The notes beneath the pieces are model-generated. The model had not been told where the DNA came from and did no database searches. It saw nothing but the letters and a program-made list of their open reading frames with translations. From the NCBI GenBank assembly GCA_951406725.2, contig OX597818.1, positions 38,440,001-38,504,000 on the forward strand: a DNA stretch of 64,000 bases. The letters are read 5' to 3'. Source of the DNA: Octopus vulgaris (lineage: Eukaryota). This document shows, one piece after another, positions 11,401-24,673 of this stretch (position 1 is the first letter of the stretch; every line of letters starts with the position of its first letter). Made by a program: the position numbers and the translations under genes.

Positions 11401-13325
11401 CTAGAACCATAGGTAAGCAGCTAGTTTTGTAGTTAAAACGTTTGCTTTATATTATATGGTTCCAGATTCAATCCTTCTACACAGTAAACAGGGCTGATGT
11501 CTTCTACCAAAGCATTGTGTGAGAAGACAAACAGTATGAAAATCTGTCAGATGGGCTATATTTTTCGGATGGTAGATTTAATCCTTTCTTTGGTTTCACA
11601 CTACCACCTGGCTCTTGGGAGCCTTTTGGAAAGTTCCTGATCTCCCATCATCATCATCGTCATTTAATGTTCCTTTTCCATGCTGGCATGGGTTGGATGG
11701 TTTTATAGGAGCTGGGCAGCTTTTCAGCTGTCTGTTTTGGCATGGTTTCTACAGCTGGATGCCCTTCCTAATGCCAACCACTTTACAGAGTATACTGGGT
11801 CCTTTTACTCAGCATCAGCTCAGGTGCTTTTATGTGGCAATGGCATGGGTGCTTTTTATGTGACACCAGCACCCACGAACCCACAAGATTAGGAATGCTC
11901 AGCTGGAGAGGGATACAGGGGCCAAGCCTGTATGCAAGGACAACTATGCCTTTACTTAGCATTGTGTGTCTCCTCAAGTGCAGGAAACTATCAGGAGTTA
12001 TGGTTTCCTGTCTTCCCTTCTGTGAGTCCCAACATCTGTAGATCCTTTTTCACCACTTTGTCCCATATCTTTTTGGGTCTACCATTTCCATATGGGTGAC
12101 TGGGTCATATCCTACTCCATCATATATCTAAAAATAATCTACAAGATCTATGTTATTGTTTCTCCCTCACCTCCAACACTCGATATGGAGGGCCTACAAA
12201 AGGGTCATTAGCACTACTTTACTTCATCTGACTTAATCATTTTTAAAAAAATGTATTTCCTCAGGAGTACAAAATAATAGATATAGTAAAGTTTGAATCA
12301 TGCTTCTTCTTCTACTTCTTCTTCTCCTCCTCCTCCTCCTTACTCATGCCATTAGCCACAAAGAATAATCTCCAATTTGGACCTACTCTAAGCTACAAAA
12401 ATGCATGCGGCAACTTGAAGATCCACCCACCACACGTGATAGACTGGCAGTTGCACAGGCACGAAAGCTACGTTGTTATCTTCATTCCGTAAACGGTGGC
12501 TTTTAACCGGTGGAAAGCTGAACCATCCTGGGGTACAGAGGATTTGCAATCTAGACTAGGGTCTGAAAGTTTACCACACCATAGTGGGTTACACCATGGT
12601 TCCTCTGCTTTGTGGCAGAAGTAGGAAGAAAGAGTGAGAGAAAATTGTGGTGAAAGAGCCTCATGGAGCTTAGGTGTTTTTGTTTAATAAACACAATGCC
12701 CAGTCTAGGAATTGAAACCAGGTTTTTATGACCGCGAGTCCGCTGCCCTAACCACTGGGCCATGATGATGCTGTCAATATACAGCATCTTAACTGCATAC
12801 GTGTCATGTTTTATTGAAGGTTGCCTTTACTTATTTCCTAACTGTTTGTATTGTCAAAACTTCTTTATGGTTTTAGTGGAGATAAAACGTGTTTTTCTTA
12901 ATCACATTTAAAAAAAAATTTCTTAACTGGTATTACAAATGAAATGAAACGTCTCCAGTGAGGAATTGAAATCTAATCATTACTTGTTTTACTGTGTGCT
13001 AAACTTCATTCTATGACATCAAAAGAGAAAAAATAGACAGAAAAGATGAGATAGGTATATGTAACATGAACGGGCGTAAGATCAACTTGCAGGTGTCATC
13101 CTGCTCTCAGCAGATTAAATGTCAAAGGTGTACATCTAAGCTCCATGATTTACTACAAGTACAATTATCAAATGGTGGAGTCCCAATCTCTTCCCTGGAG
13201 ATTGATTACAAGTCTGTATTCCATCAAGTGCCCTAGATGTACCACACATACTGCTGTCAAATCTCTGTCATTGACCATATAAGGATCTTCTACCTCATCT
13301 GCCACTTCAGTCTACATGCACTTAA

Positions 13326-13546
13326 CCCTTTCAATACCAACCCGGCTGAAACCGGCTCTGGCTCTGTAGTACAAATGCCTTGTTTTCATAAGTTTTGAAT
13401 TAAAATCTTCCACCAAACCTGAATCACAATTTATGTTCACAACACTAGCTGAATGATAACCAAGTTATTTTACTAAATTCTTTGTTATACTTAAAGTAAT
13501 TGAAAGAAACACAGAGCATCTCAAAATAAATACGGTAACGAAAGGG
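13326..13546. mobile_element. piggyBac-type MITE, family 1 (inverted relative to 3471-3690)
   Basis: TTAA flanks, CCCTTTC/GAAAGGG termini, reverse complement of 3471-3690. Confidence 0.85.
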
Positions 13547-13991
13547 TTAAGGGGTGATATCTCCTGTACAGCAATCTGAGATCACTGATACCCTCTGCTT
13601 AGTTCTTGCTCAGTAGCCAAAGTTAGGTACTGTTATGTGGCCTTTAGTGGGTGCTACTGAGTTCTGGAAGCCATAAATGAGAGCAGTGTAGCAATCAGAG
13701 ACCAGTGCTCCTGTCACCATCTGAAGATGTGTAGCTGACAATTTTACAAAAGCACTACTTCTTACACTACATCAAACACTGAATCTGCTCCTTAATCATT
13801 TTATAGATCATGCAATACACTGGTTTATAAAAAAGTCAAAATTTGCATGTTTGTTTGACAATGTATAGTAGCATAGAGAGAAAATTAAATTTCAACATTT
13901 CAGTTTACTACCATCCATTACTGTCTTCGAAATTATTCTTTCTAGAAGCAAATGACTATATGTTATAAAACAATTTTCTTCTTTTCTTTAG

Positions 13992-14111
13992 ACATTTTTA
14001 CAAAGAGTGGCCATACTGTGGAGCTGAAGGAAATTCCTGACTGGAATGCTGTACAAATTTGGGTAAATGGAGAGTTAGTCTTCAAATGTAATATTCAAGA
14101 TCTTGATTTTG
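13992..14111 (+). CDS. C10orf53: C10orf53 homolog, coding exon 2
   Basis: tttag|ACATT...TTTG|gtttgt, 120 nt; encodes NIFTKSGHTVELKEIPDWNAVQIWVNGELVFKCNIQDLDFG. Confidence 0.9.
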
Positions 14112-17100
14112 GTTTGTATTATAATTAATTTGCTGTCTTTACAATTGACCAATCTTATCATTGTCCCCCAAATTTGCCAAAGCTTTGCACTTCCCTTGGT
14201 TGGAGAGGACCTCACTTTCTGAGAATCATTGCAGTAAATCATAGAGCATTTTCTTCATTTCCTTCTGTTTCAACTATTAGAATGAGATGATTGAGTGCAA
14301 CTGTTTTGATGCTGATGTGGCACAGCTGACTTGACATTCAGTATGTTCTGGTGACAGTATTTTTTGATGCTGGAGGTAAACTCACACATACACATGCACA
14401 CAGAAATATACACATAGACGTAGGCACAAGTGTGGCTGTGTGGTAGGAAGCTTAATTCCCAACCACATGGTTCCAGGTTCAGTCCTACTGTATGGTACCT
14501 TGGGCAAGTGTCTTCTGTTATAGACTTGGGCCAACCAAAGCCTTGTGAGTGGATTTAGTAGATGGAAACTGAAAGAAGCCTGTCGTATAAAAAGCACTGA
14601 GTCCACTCTGCAGAGTGGTTAGTGTTAGGAAGGATATCCAGCCAAAACAAACACAGTAGCCTGGAGTAGTCTTCTACCTGGCCGGCTCCTGTCAACCATT
14701 CTACCCATGCTTGCATGGAAGATGTTAAATGATGATGATGATGATGTATATATCTATGTGTCTGTCTTTGTGTTTGTTTTTCCCTCACCACTGCTTGATA
14801 GTTGGTGTTGGTGTGTTTATGTTCCTGTAACTTAGCAGTTTGGCTAAAGAAACTGATAGAATAAGTACTAGGCTTAAAAAAATAAGTCCTGAGGTCAGTT
14901 TGTTCAACTAAAAAAACCTTCCAAGGCAGTGCCCCAGGATGGCCGTAGCCAAATGACTGAAACGAGTAAAAGACGAAAGATAGATACAAAGAGAGAGAGA
15001 GAGAGAGAGAGACATTACAATTTTATGATTGACATAAACACTTTCCCTCTCTTCATACACATAAAGAAAAATATGCTTACACACATAAAGAGAGAAACAT
15101 CAAAATGTCTGATATCAAATCAGCAACACCAAAATGTCTCTTACCCCTCAACCATATCCACTACACTCTTAGCCTATAATATTGATTTCAAATTTCGGCA
15201 CAAGGCCTGCAATTTTGTGGGAGTGGGTGAGTCGTTTACATCGACCCCCAGTGCTCAACTGGTATTTCTTTTATCAACCCTGAAAGGATGAAAGACTGCT
15301 AAACATTTTGCCCAACATAGTAACAAATCTGCCAGCTCGCCACCTTCTCTTAACCCATAATATTCCAAAGATGGTAAGGACAGTATGCTGGTTATACAAT
15401 ATTAAACATTTCTTCTCCATTCTTTCATGCTAGCTTTGGTTAAATGGGTGGGAGATTTTGAAGCTGGATTTTATGACTGGATGCACTTCCTGTCACCAAC
15501 CATTACCTGCTTTCAAGTAAGGGATTTTTTTTTTTCGAGAGGTTTTCAAAAGGGTAGAACAGCCAGTCACAAACCGAGAGAAGGTTGCACAATTATTTCG
15601 TGACAATTAGGACCAACTCCAAAAGAGAAAAGAGATAATTTCAAGGATCAATAATTAACCAATATTGATGTGACATTTTTTTTGGAAATGGAATTCCTCT
15701 CATTTCAATACATCAGTAAATATCTTGTATATTTAATATACCCTTATTCATTTTTGTTGTTTAATCACAAATGACTAGCCATTCTGAGTGATTTCTCTTA
15801 GCTCATCTTTATTTCATTCTCTAGGCCATAAATGTGTTATATTGTTCCATATGTTGGGGATAACGTAAGACACTTGCTGTGCTGATAATGTTGATTGAGG
15901 CAAATACATGTATCCACAGCTGTCCTCTTGTCTTGAGACAACCAGGCTGTTTTTTCCTTAATAGTATGTCAATTTTATTCACTTACCGCCTTTTCTCATT
16001 TGGAGTTGGTTCCATTTACTACCAAGAAATTTTTCTACCCTTTCTGGAAATGAAAAGAGTATGGTTATATAAAGTTGCAGGCATTAAATTAAGACTGTCT
16101 TTGCTCCCAATTCGTTAAGATGATTTAGATGGCTTCATAGTTTTTGTTGTGGCTTTATAACAAGTTAACTTTTATTCGTTGTGATTCAACAATCTTTTCA
16201 AATGTTTTTGGGGAAATCTGTCACTTTCAAGTTAACTACGAGCTTATTTTTGTACTCAAGCCATGATCTTCCTATGTCTCTCTTTCCATTATGGTGCCTG
16301 GTCGTACATAAGGACTTTTGGAATGTTGTTGTCACTCATTCTGATGACATGATCAAGATCAATCCATCTTAACTGGGATTGCGAAAGAAAGGATTTAATA
16401 ACATCAATTTTGTATTCAAACTTTCTATTATTCAGGCTTCATCTAAAATAATCCAAAGACATTACTTATGAAAAACATCAAGCTGGTTGATAAGGCACCC
16501 AAAATTCTAATCCATACAAGAGAGTAGAAAGAATTATAGCTTGGCAGATATTAATCAGTTTCAAATAAGATTCCCCTGAAATTTACAAAATTATAACTGA
16601 ACTGATGGAGAAGAGAATTAGCCTAGATGACATACAATATGATTTTATGCCATGTTGGGGTACCTCTGATACCCTCTTCCAAGTGAGCAAACCACTCAAA
16701 CTTTTGTCAATATGGAAAAGGTCTTTGACAGGGTTCTCATTCTGGGGTTTTGTAAGTAAACTAGAAGTAGACAAATGGCTTGTAAGTACTGTAAGTTAAC
16801 AATTTTAGCCAGGAATTTAGCATGTTGGTGTAAATCAAGAGTTTAGTCCTCAATTTCCTTTTGTTTATTATGGTCCTGCACTAGTTGACCACAAGGACTC
16901 TTGCGTGTTGATGGCCTAGATCACATAACTCAATCAGCCAAACGTTCAGAGAGTAAATTCCAAGCTTGACAGCAAAACTTAGAATTGGGATGTCTCTAAA
17001 TAACTGGCTAGAACCAAAGTCTTAACAAAAACAGACATGATAGTGCTGCCACTGGGAAAATAGCCAATGCTTAATATGCAAAAAAAACATGTAGGAACTC

Positions 17101-17192
17101 TGTATAATGTACCTATTGTACTCTTCTCTCCATCTCTTGTACCACGTTTTTCTCCTATTAATTTGGTTCTTCATTTGTCTTATTCTTGTCTT

Positions 17193-18298
17193 TTGCTCCA
17201 GCTCTCTTAACCGTTTGTGTAAGAAATACATGAACAAGTATGTACGGAGACAACATAGGGAAGAGAATACTCTTTAGTCTTGCCAGTAATGAGACAAGCC
17301 TGCTGCAAACCAAATGTAGAAAAATGTAGGGTACAGACGACTTTATAGTCTTAATAGGAGCATGACAACCTCTGTAGTGCTTGTTCTATGATACCATGAA
17401 TTCAGTACTTGCTTAAGTGGTTGGTGACAGCAAGTGTACCTAACTCTAGAAACCATGCCAAAATGGAATGTATGATGAAGACATGTCTAACAGGGCCAGC
17501 CAACCCATGCCAGTACAGAAAGTGAATGTAAAATTATGATAATTAACATTAATGTGTTTTTCTTCTTACAGGAGGTGATGGATGGTTAGATCCCCTTTGT
17601 ACTGAAGCCGAAGATAAAGTCACTAAAGCTTTTTGATGTTGAAAATAGGATAATGACTTAAAACAGATGAACTGTTAACCTGCCCAAAACACGAACTCTT
17701 GCTTTATTGCTTCAAGTTGAGTGCCTCAATGTTTCGTCTTCTCACTAACAACAAATTTAATATTAAGATTTGGGGAATTAGATCTCAGGCTTCATCTCAC
17801 AAAGATGTCTAGGCAAAAGCAACCAAATTTTAAAAATGAATTTCAGTGGTTCTCTCACCTAAATGATTGTAACCCTTGAGACTATATTCCTGGTAATGAA
17901 GAATTTAGTACAATAACTTTGTCATTGTGAAAATCAAAGTGTAATGGAAGGTTTTAGTTAGAGCATTTTAAAATAGTTTTATAATAAAAAGTTTGTATCA
18001 GAACTAAGGTGGTTTTGGGCAGGTTGGCATCAAAACGGTTAAAATCTAATTCTTTTGATGTGTTCACTGTTCCTTGATAATATTTCTAACAAAGTACTCC
18101 ATTCATGTTTCATATTTTAAAAGCAATGAAAAATTTGGAAGTCTCTTGCTCCAGCTCTCTTAACCGTTTGTGTGAGAAATACATGAACAAGTACGTATGG
18201 AGACAACATAGGGAAGAGAATACTCTTTAGTCTTGCCAGTAATGAGACAAACCTGCTGCAAACCAAATGTAGGGTACAGACGACTTTATAGTCTTAAT
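17193..18298. repeat. About 155-bp direct repeat pair (17193-17355 and 18146-18298)
   Basis: Near-identical; copy 1 carries a 10-nt internal duplication. Confidence 0.9.
17572..17636 (+). CDS. C10orf53: C10orf53 homolog, last coding exon
   Basis: tacag|GAGGT; encodes GDGWLDPLCTEAEDKVTKAF* (family motif GGDGxLDPLC); TGA at 17634-17636. Confidence 0.9.
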
Positions 18299-19024
18299 TT
18301 CACTTAGTCAACGTGATTGAGCAGATTTATTTGTATATCTAGGACAACACTGTTTACTGTAGTATTCATGTTAAGATAGTAGGGTATAATTTAAGAGAAT
18401 TTGGTTACTTAAGAATTAAGCTAGTGTTGAGATATAAACTCTGTCTCTTCTACCATTCATATGTTTACATCTAGCAGCCAAATCACACTGAAACTATACC
18501 TTAATGTTTATCAAGAAGAGACACACACACCCACACACACATATATATATATATATGTGTATAGAACACTGCATAAATCATTTCCATAGTTTTATTTTAC
18601 TCATTAGACTATCATCATGCTAGGGCATTGCCTTAAAGGGTGTACTTGATCAAATCAGTCCTAGTACATATTCTTAAAATTTGGTTTCTATCAGTCTCTT
18701 TTTGCTGAACTACTATGTTATCAGGACATAAGCCAACACCAGTTGTCAAGCAGTGAGAAAACCGCCACCATCCCTCGCATATTTTGTAAAGGGAAATTGA
18801 GCATCCGCGATTTCTGCTTACAAAATTCACCCACAAAACATTGGTAAGCCTAGGAAGACACTTGCCCAAAGAACCAAGCAGTGTAATTGAACCTGGTTGG
18901 GAAGTAAACACCTAAAGCACACAGCCTTGCCTGCAATTGTAGAGGATGTATTAATAAATAAATATTATTCAAACCAAAAATGTATTCAAATGCTTTTACT
19001 TAAGTAACTTCAACTACAAAGTTT

Positions 19025-19344
19025 TCAAGTAACATTTTTTTTATTTTGCTTATTCTTTTTTATCTCCTTCCATATTTCACGGGCTTTTTTCTTCTTTAGT
19101 GTTTTGCGTTTACTTGTATTTACAGTAGCGTTCTCCTTCTTCTTCTTCTTTATGTGTTTCTTAAAGGGCGTATTTGAAAAATCCTCATTCCCCCACAGTA
19201 ACTTTCTCTTCTTATCATTATTACAGAGGATTATTTCTTTATTGTCATCCACATACGCATCTGAGCGCAGTTTCCATGTAATTTCTTCTGGTTCAGGCTC
19301 TGCTTGAGCGAGTGCTTGCTCATGATCTTCTATGTCAGCATTAC
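19025..19344 (-). CDS. RSL1D1: RSL1D1 exon 7 (Lys-rich tail, stop)
   Basis: Acceptor at 19345-19346, phase 1; acidic then Lys-rich C-terminus typical of nucleolar proteins; stop at 19025. Confidence 0.8.
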
Positions 19345-19523
19345 CTGAAGAAGAGAGAGAAGAGAAAAAAAAAATATAACTAAATGACATTATAAACAGA
19401 TTTTAAAAAGCAACAATTATAAATGGCATTTTTTGTGAAAAAAAGAAAAAGAAAAAAAAAGTGAAGTTAAATAGTGTTATGCAAGGTTTCCTTGTTCAAA
19501 CATTATAATCAATGGTCTTTTAA

Positions 19524-19742
19524 CCCTTTAGTATTTAAACCGGCCATATCCGGCCAAAATAGTTAATCTATTTTATGTTCAAACCGACCAGATCCAAGCT
19601 CTCACACCTACCCTACAATGTTATTCTACATTAAGTAATTACACCATCAACATCTTGAAGATATGAGATAATGCATGATTAAGTCAAATCAATGGGAATC
19701 AATAAGCATTATGTTTGATAGAATAATTGGAACACTAAAGGG
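19524..19742. mobile_element. TTAA-flanked MITE, family 2 (copies 23544-24148 interrupted by a SINE, 61076-61295, 63007-63220, 63298-63500)
   Basis: TTAA|CCCTTTAG ... CTAAAGGG|TTAA termini and shared body. Confidence 0.85.
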
Positions 19743-19923
19743 TTAAAGGATGTCAAAATTGAATAAGGTACTTGAGTGAAACAAATTTCTACATGAAGTT
19801 CCTATTAATATCATTAGAACTAGACAAATAAACAGATGAGTTATTTCATCTACATTCATTCTCTTTTACCTTTTCCAACTCATTCACACGACCATGCTGG
19901 GACATCACTATTAAATGAAAGAT

Positions 19924-20034
19924 GTTTACAGTATCTAGGTTTCTCAAGTGGTCCCTACATACTAACTAGACCCAATGTTGTTTAACTGGTGGTCGGACAA
20001 GAACCAGTGTTGCCAATATGGTATGGCTGTAAAC
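19924..20034 (-). pseudogene. Degenerate 5S rRNA copy (possibly the head of a 5S-derived SINE spanning 19855-20034)
   Basis: GTTTACAGCCATACCATATTGGCAACACTGGTTCTTGTCCGACCACC-AGTTAAACAACATTGGGTCTAGTTAGTA...CTGTAAAC is colinear with metazoan 5S; deletions in the internal promoter. Confidence 0.8.
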
Positions 20035-20313
20035 AAACCTAATTTTTTGCTGGTATTCTAACCATTAACCATGCAATCATGAAGTAGAAGCGAAACCTTT
20101 TTAAGTAGTGTATTTACTTTGTTCTGTGTCATAACAATGTTTTGCATGCAACTCTGCTTGCCTCGAATATAATACCAATGCAATAATAGTTGGTCATCAT
20201 ATTCTGTATACTTAAATGAAACACTCTGAACACTCTAGCTTATAAGTAAAGTAGATTACTTCTCACAAAGCAGATTTCAACAATGAAACTCAACAAAGTA
20301 TAAAATAATTTAC

Positions 20314-20483
20314 CTGATGCTGCTAAGTAAACTGGCAGGGATGGTGAATCTTCAGTCTTTAAGTAGATATTTCGTATGTTTTCAGCTCCCCCAGGAATAG
20401 ATTGACAAAGACTGTTAACAGCAGCTATAATATTGTCACTAACTTCAGTTTGTGTCATAGAAGAATTGGCAATATGTGCCATG
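20314..20483 (-). CDS. RSL1D1: RSL1D1 exon 6
   Basis: MAHIANSSMTQTEVSDNIIAAVNSLCQSIPGGAENIRNIYLKTEDSPSLPVY; NI..I.LKT..S.SLP.Y motif. Confidence 0.92.
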
Positions 20484-22234
20484 CTGGTAAGTAAAAAGAA
20501 AATAGCATTAAACATGAATCAAAGAAAAACTACTTTCTGTACTATAAAGTACCCGTACTTGTCACAGGAACAGAATTCAGAATTTATCCAAGTGCTACTT
20601 TATGCATGTGAAAGTTATGAATAGCAGCTAGTCTCTGAACAAATTAAGTTGTTTACGGCACTAATATTTAAAAAAAGATGTGATAATCATCTAGAGGAAA
20701 AATGAATGCTGTCTTAGTATAAACTTGATGTCTTAGCAATTGCTGTTGTTACATTAATCAATACTTGAACTAACATATTACCCAACAGGAGACAATTGGG
20801 TGTGGCATGGCTAACTGGAGACTCAACTTGTAGTAACAGTGTGTTTTATTACCAGAGGCAAACAGATGCATGCACGTGCACACACATAGTGACAGACATT
20901 ACAATTTATTAATTGAACATGGGTTGATATAAACTCTTTCCCTCTCATCATGCACAGAGAGAAATGTGTTTTCACATAAACAGAGAGGGGAGAGACAGAC
21001 AGACACATTAAAACATCTGATGTCAAATAAATCAGCATCACATCAGTGATGCTAAAATGCCTCAAACCTTCCTGCAAATACTTTATATTTTTGGAGCCCC
21101 TTGAAGATTTGGAAGAAAAGTCTTAGGAGGAACCACAAAGTGATATATTTCCACTTCTGATCAGAATAGAAAAGTGCTCGAATTTTGCACTAGTTTACTT
21201 TGTACTTTATAAATTACATGAGGAGTTAGAGCTTTAACCAACAGGTAAGTAAACCACATATATACATCACAATTTACCAAGAAACTCTTGTTGATTATCA
21301 AATAATTAATATTCTGTAACAACTGAAACAATTTAAAATTTGGCAAATCCTATTTAATATACTCTTTACACTTTTACTTGTTTCAGTCATGTGACTGTGG
21401 CCATGCTGGAGCACCCCCTTAGGTCGAGCAAATCAACCCCAGGCCTTATTCTTTGTAAGCCTAGTACTTATTCTATCAGTCTCTTTTGCCGAACTGCTAA
21501 GTTACAGGGACATAAACCCACCAGCATCGGTTGTCAAGCGATGTTGGGGGAACAAGACAAACACAAACATATACGACAGGCTTCTTTCAGTTTCCGTCTA
21601 CCAAATCCACTCACAAGGCTTTGGTCGGCCCGAGGCTATAGTAGAAGACACTTGCCCAAGGTGCCACGCAAGTGGGACTGAATCCGGAACCATGTGGTTG
21701 GTAAGCAAGCTGCTTACCACACAGCCACTCCTGCGCCTATATTAATATTTGTTTTAATTCTAGCACTACAGAATTTCATCTATGATGTCAGTATGGCTGT
21801 GAGGTTAAAAGTTTACTTCTCATTCACATGGCTTTGGATTCAGTCCTACTGAGTGTCTTCTACGACAGCCCAGGGATGACCAAAGCCTTGCAAATAGAAC
21901 TGGTAGATAAAAACTGAGAGTATACATATATGTATCTCTTTGTCTTGACATCACACAATGGTTGTAAAACAAGCATCACTGTTTTACTAGAAGAGTTATT
22001 CATTTTCAATTTTCCATGAAAACATGTTTGGTCATTGGGGAAAACACTTTACTTGGAAATCAATGAGTGTTAGTGACAGAAAGGGCATCTGATTATTGAA
22101 AATCTGCCTCAATGAATTCTGTCTGAATCATACAAGCATGACATTAAAACAATGACAATTATGCTAATCCAAAGGATAAATAATTGGCTTATAAATTATA
22201 GTGTAAACATTAAAATCTAATAAACATTACTTAC

Positions 22235-22336
22235 CAGCAAGATCCTCTTCCAGTTATGACTAAAAAACTGTCATTGACAGCACTGTTAATTTCTTCCTTA
22301 AGTTTATCAGATTTTAGATCGACTTTTATAGGAATT
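22235..22336 (-). CDS. RSL1D1: RSL1D1 exon 5
   Basis: IPIKVDLKSDKLKEEINSAVNDSFLVITGRGSC; AG and GTAAGT junctions. Confidence 0.9.
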
Positions 22337-22447
22337 CTATAAAAAAAAAATTGAATTTTTAAGAAAATATTAACATGGAAATGTCAAGTATTACAGTAAA
22401 GTAAATGTCAAATTATGAAAGTAAAACTTGTAACAGGAAACACATAC

Positions 22448-22596
22448 CGTTTTCGTCTGAAGAAATCTCTTCCTAATATTCGTGGCAATGGTCCAAATAT
22501 ACTTCTATCAGCTAAAAATAAATCAAATTTATTGCAAAGTTTCCTCTTAGCCTCAACTGGTCTATATTCCAAATGCAGGGTCTTTAGAGTAATGAC
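22448..22596 (-). CDS. RSL1D1: RSL1D1 exon 4
   Basis: VITLKTLHLEYRPVEAKRKLCNKFDLFLADRSIFGPLPRILGRDFFRRKR; hallmark EAKRKL...FDLFLAD. Confidence 0.93.
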
Positions 22597-22825
22597 CTGA
22601 AATAGAATAATTTTAAAAAAATTAAGCATTATTTTATATTTATAAATTCATCAATTCAAGTGTATAGATACAGAGATGACGTAAATAACCAGGTATAATA
22701 AATACCATCCATTTTTGTTTTGTTATTTTCATTGTATTATTTAGCGGCCCTGTTATGATTTGTCAAAATGTTCACATAACTCATATCTTAAAGAAATGGG
22801 AAAAAAACCTAATTGAATAAATACT

Positions 22826-23055
22826 TATTTCTTTATTACCCACAAGGGGCTAAACACAGAGGGGACAAACAAGGACAGACATAGGTATTAAGTCGATTAC
22901 ATCGACCCCAGTGTGTAACTGGTACTTAATTTATCGACCCCGAAAGGATGAAAGGCAAAGTCGACCTCAGCGGAATTTGAACTCACAACGTAACGCAGAC
23001 GAAATACTGCTAAGCATTTCACCCGGCGTGCTAACGTTTCTGCCAGCTCGCCGCC
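22826..23055 (-). mobile_element. Full-length SINE, family B, with perfect 16-bp TSD
   Basis: TAATTGAATAAATACT at 22810-22825 and 23056-23071; tRNA-like head and gcctttcatcctttcggggtcgataaa central domain. Confidence 0.9.
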
Positions 23056-24528
23056 TAATTGAATAAATACTGGTTTACTTACATCATGACACTGATGCTT
23101 ATTCAAAACTGATTTTAAGAGACAGGTACAAATATAGCAATTTACTAAAAATGAAATTGTAACAGATCAACAGGTATTCATTACTAAGCACTGAAATACA
23201 AACATAAGTCTTTTTAGTGCTTATCATTTACAACGTAGCTGCACTATTTGACTCTAATCTGCATAAAAATCTATTGGAGTTGCTCAGACAATATGGAATT
23301 AAGAAGTTACACAAGAAGTCCAATGCACTGCACAGCAGGCAATATTGCGTACTTGCTTGAATGATTCTTTATCATCCATATATAGGGGAATATCATTGGT
23401 CTACTTGTTACATTCATGCATGACCAATCAGGTGGATTGGTATGTGCAGCTAGGATGAAGTATTTATTATTATGGGGGGTGGGAAAAAAAAGATACATAC
23501 CATGAACCAAGAGAAACATGGTCAAATTAGCTGAATTGATTAACCCATTAGCATTCAGATTATTCTGTTGACTGTTATGCTTATTTGTTCACATTGTTTT
23601 GAATTACTCTTACTCTTTTACTTGTTTCAGTCATTTGACTGCGGCCATGCTGGAGCACTGCCCTTAGTCGAGCAAATCGACCTCAGGACTTCTTCTTTGT
23701 AAGCCTAGTACTTATTCTATTGGTCTCTTTTGCCGAACTGCTAAGTTATGGGGACATGAACACACCAGCATCGGTTGTCAAGCGATATTGGGAGGACAGA
23801 CACACAAACATATATATACATATACACGACGGGCTTCTTTCAGTTTCCGCCTACCAAATCCACTCACAAGGCTTTGGTCAGCCCGAGGCTATAGGAGAAG
23901 ACACTTGCCCAAAGTGCCACGCAGTGGGACTGAACCTGGAACCATGTAGTTGGTAAGCAAGCTACTTACCACACAGCCACTCCTGCGCCTACTCATTCAT
24001 TATCTTTTTGAACTGACTTTTTAATGGCATGCTTATTTATTTTTAGTATGACATCGTAAGGAAGGTGTGAGAGGCTGAATATGGCCAGTTTGAACAGAAA
24101 ACAGGTAGAATATTTGGGCCAGATATGGCCAGTTTAAACACTAAAGGATTAATCTAGAATCACCTCAGTTCAGAAGTAAAATTACTTCCTTTGAACCTTT
24201 AGATTTAGTGGATTAAAGAATTATGATCTTTATCCTTTTAATGTAAACTTTTCTAAGTTGAAATGGACTGGATGGGTCAGCAGTATGATGCACCGCTATG
24301 TAATAAAAAGATTCAACTTTCAACAGTCACTCAATTTAGCTGTAAATAGGTATTTGGAGATAGTGTTTAACTAAACAATGTTTTGCTACTTTGCTGTGCT
24401 TGGCTTATACCTTTACAAAGCAATGAAGACCATTTATGAAAATTCCTCTTCTTATAAAGTTTTCAGTAGTAATCCAAAGATCCAATGGATTATGGTGTAT
24501 TACTAAATCAATCAGAAATTTTATTTAC

Positions 24529-24673
24529 CTCAGAAACACATGTTATTTTCTTCTCGGCCAAAAGTTCCTTGTAATGAAAAACTGTAGGGTCAGAATCTCG
24601 TACTCTCTTGTTCAAATCAGGCACAAAGAGACAGATGTATTGATTTTCAAAGCCTAAACCATGAGGGACATTC
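24529..24673 (-). CDS. RSL1D1: RSL1D1 exon 3
   Basis: NVPHGLGFENQYICLFVPDLNKRVRDSDPTVFHYKELLAEKKITCVSE; PH...ICLFV.D motif of the L1 domain; phases consistent. Confidence 0.9.

Noticed and set aside
17100-17355. Captured gene fragment within the direct repeat
   Set aside because: No frame gave a protein I could recognise; a BLASTx search is needed.
19924-20034. Functional 5S rRNA gene
   Set aside because: Many substitutions, deletions in the internal promoter, solitary intronic location.
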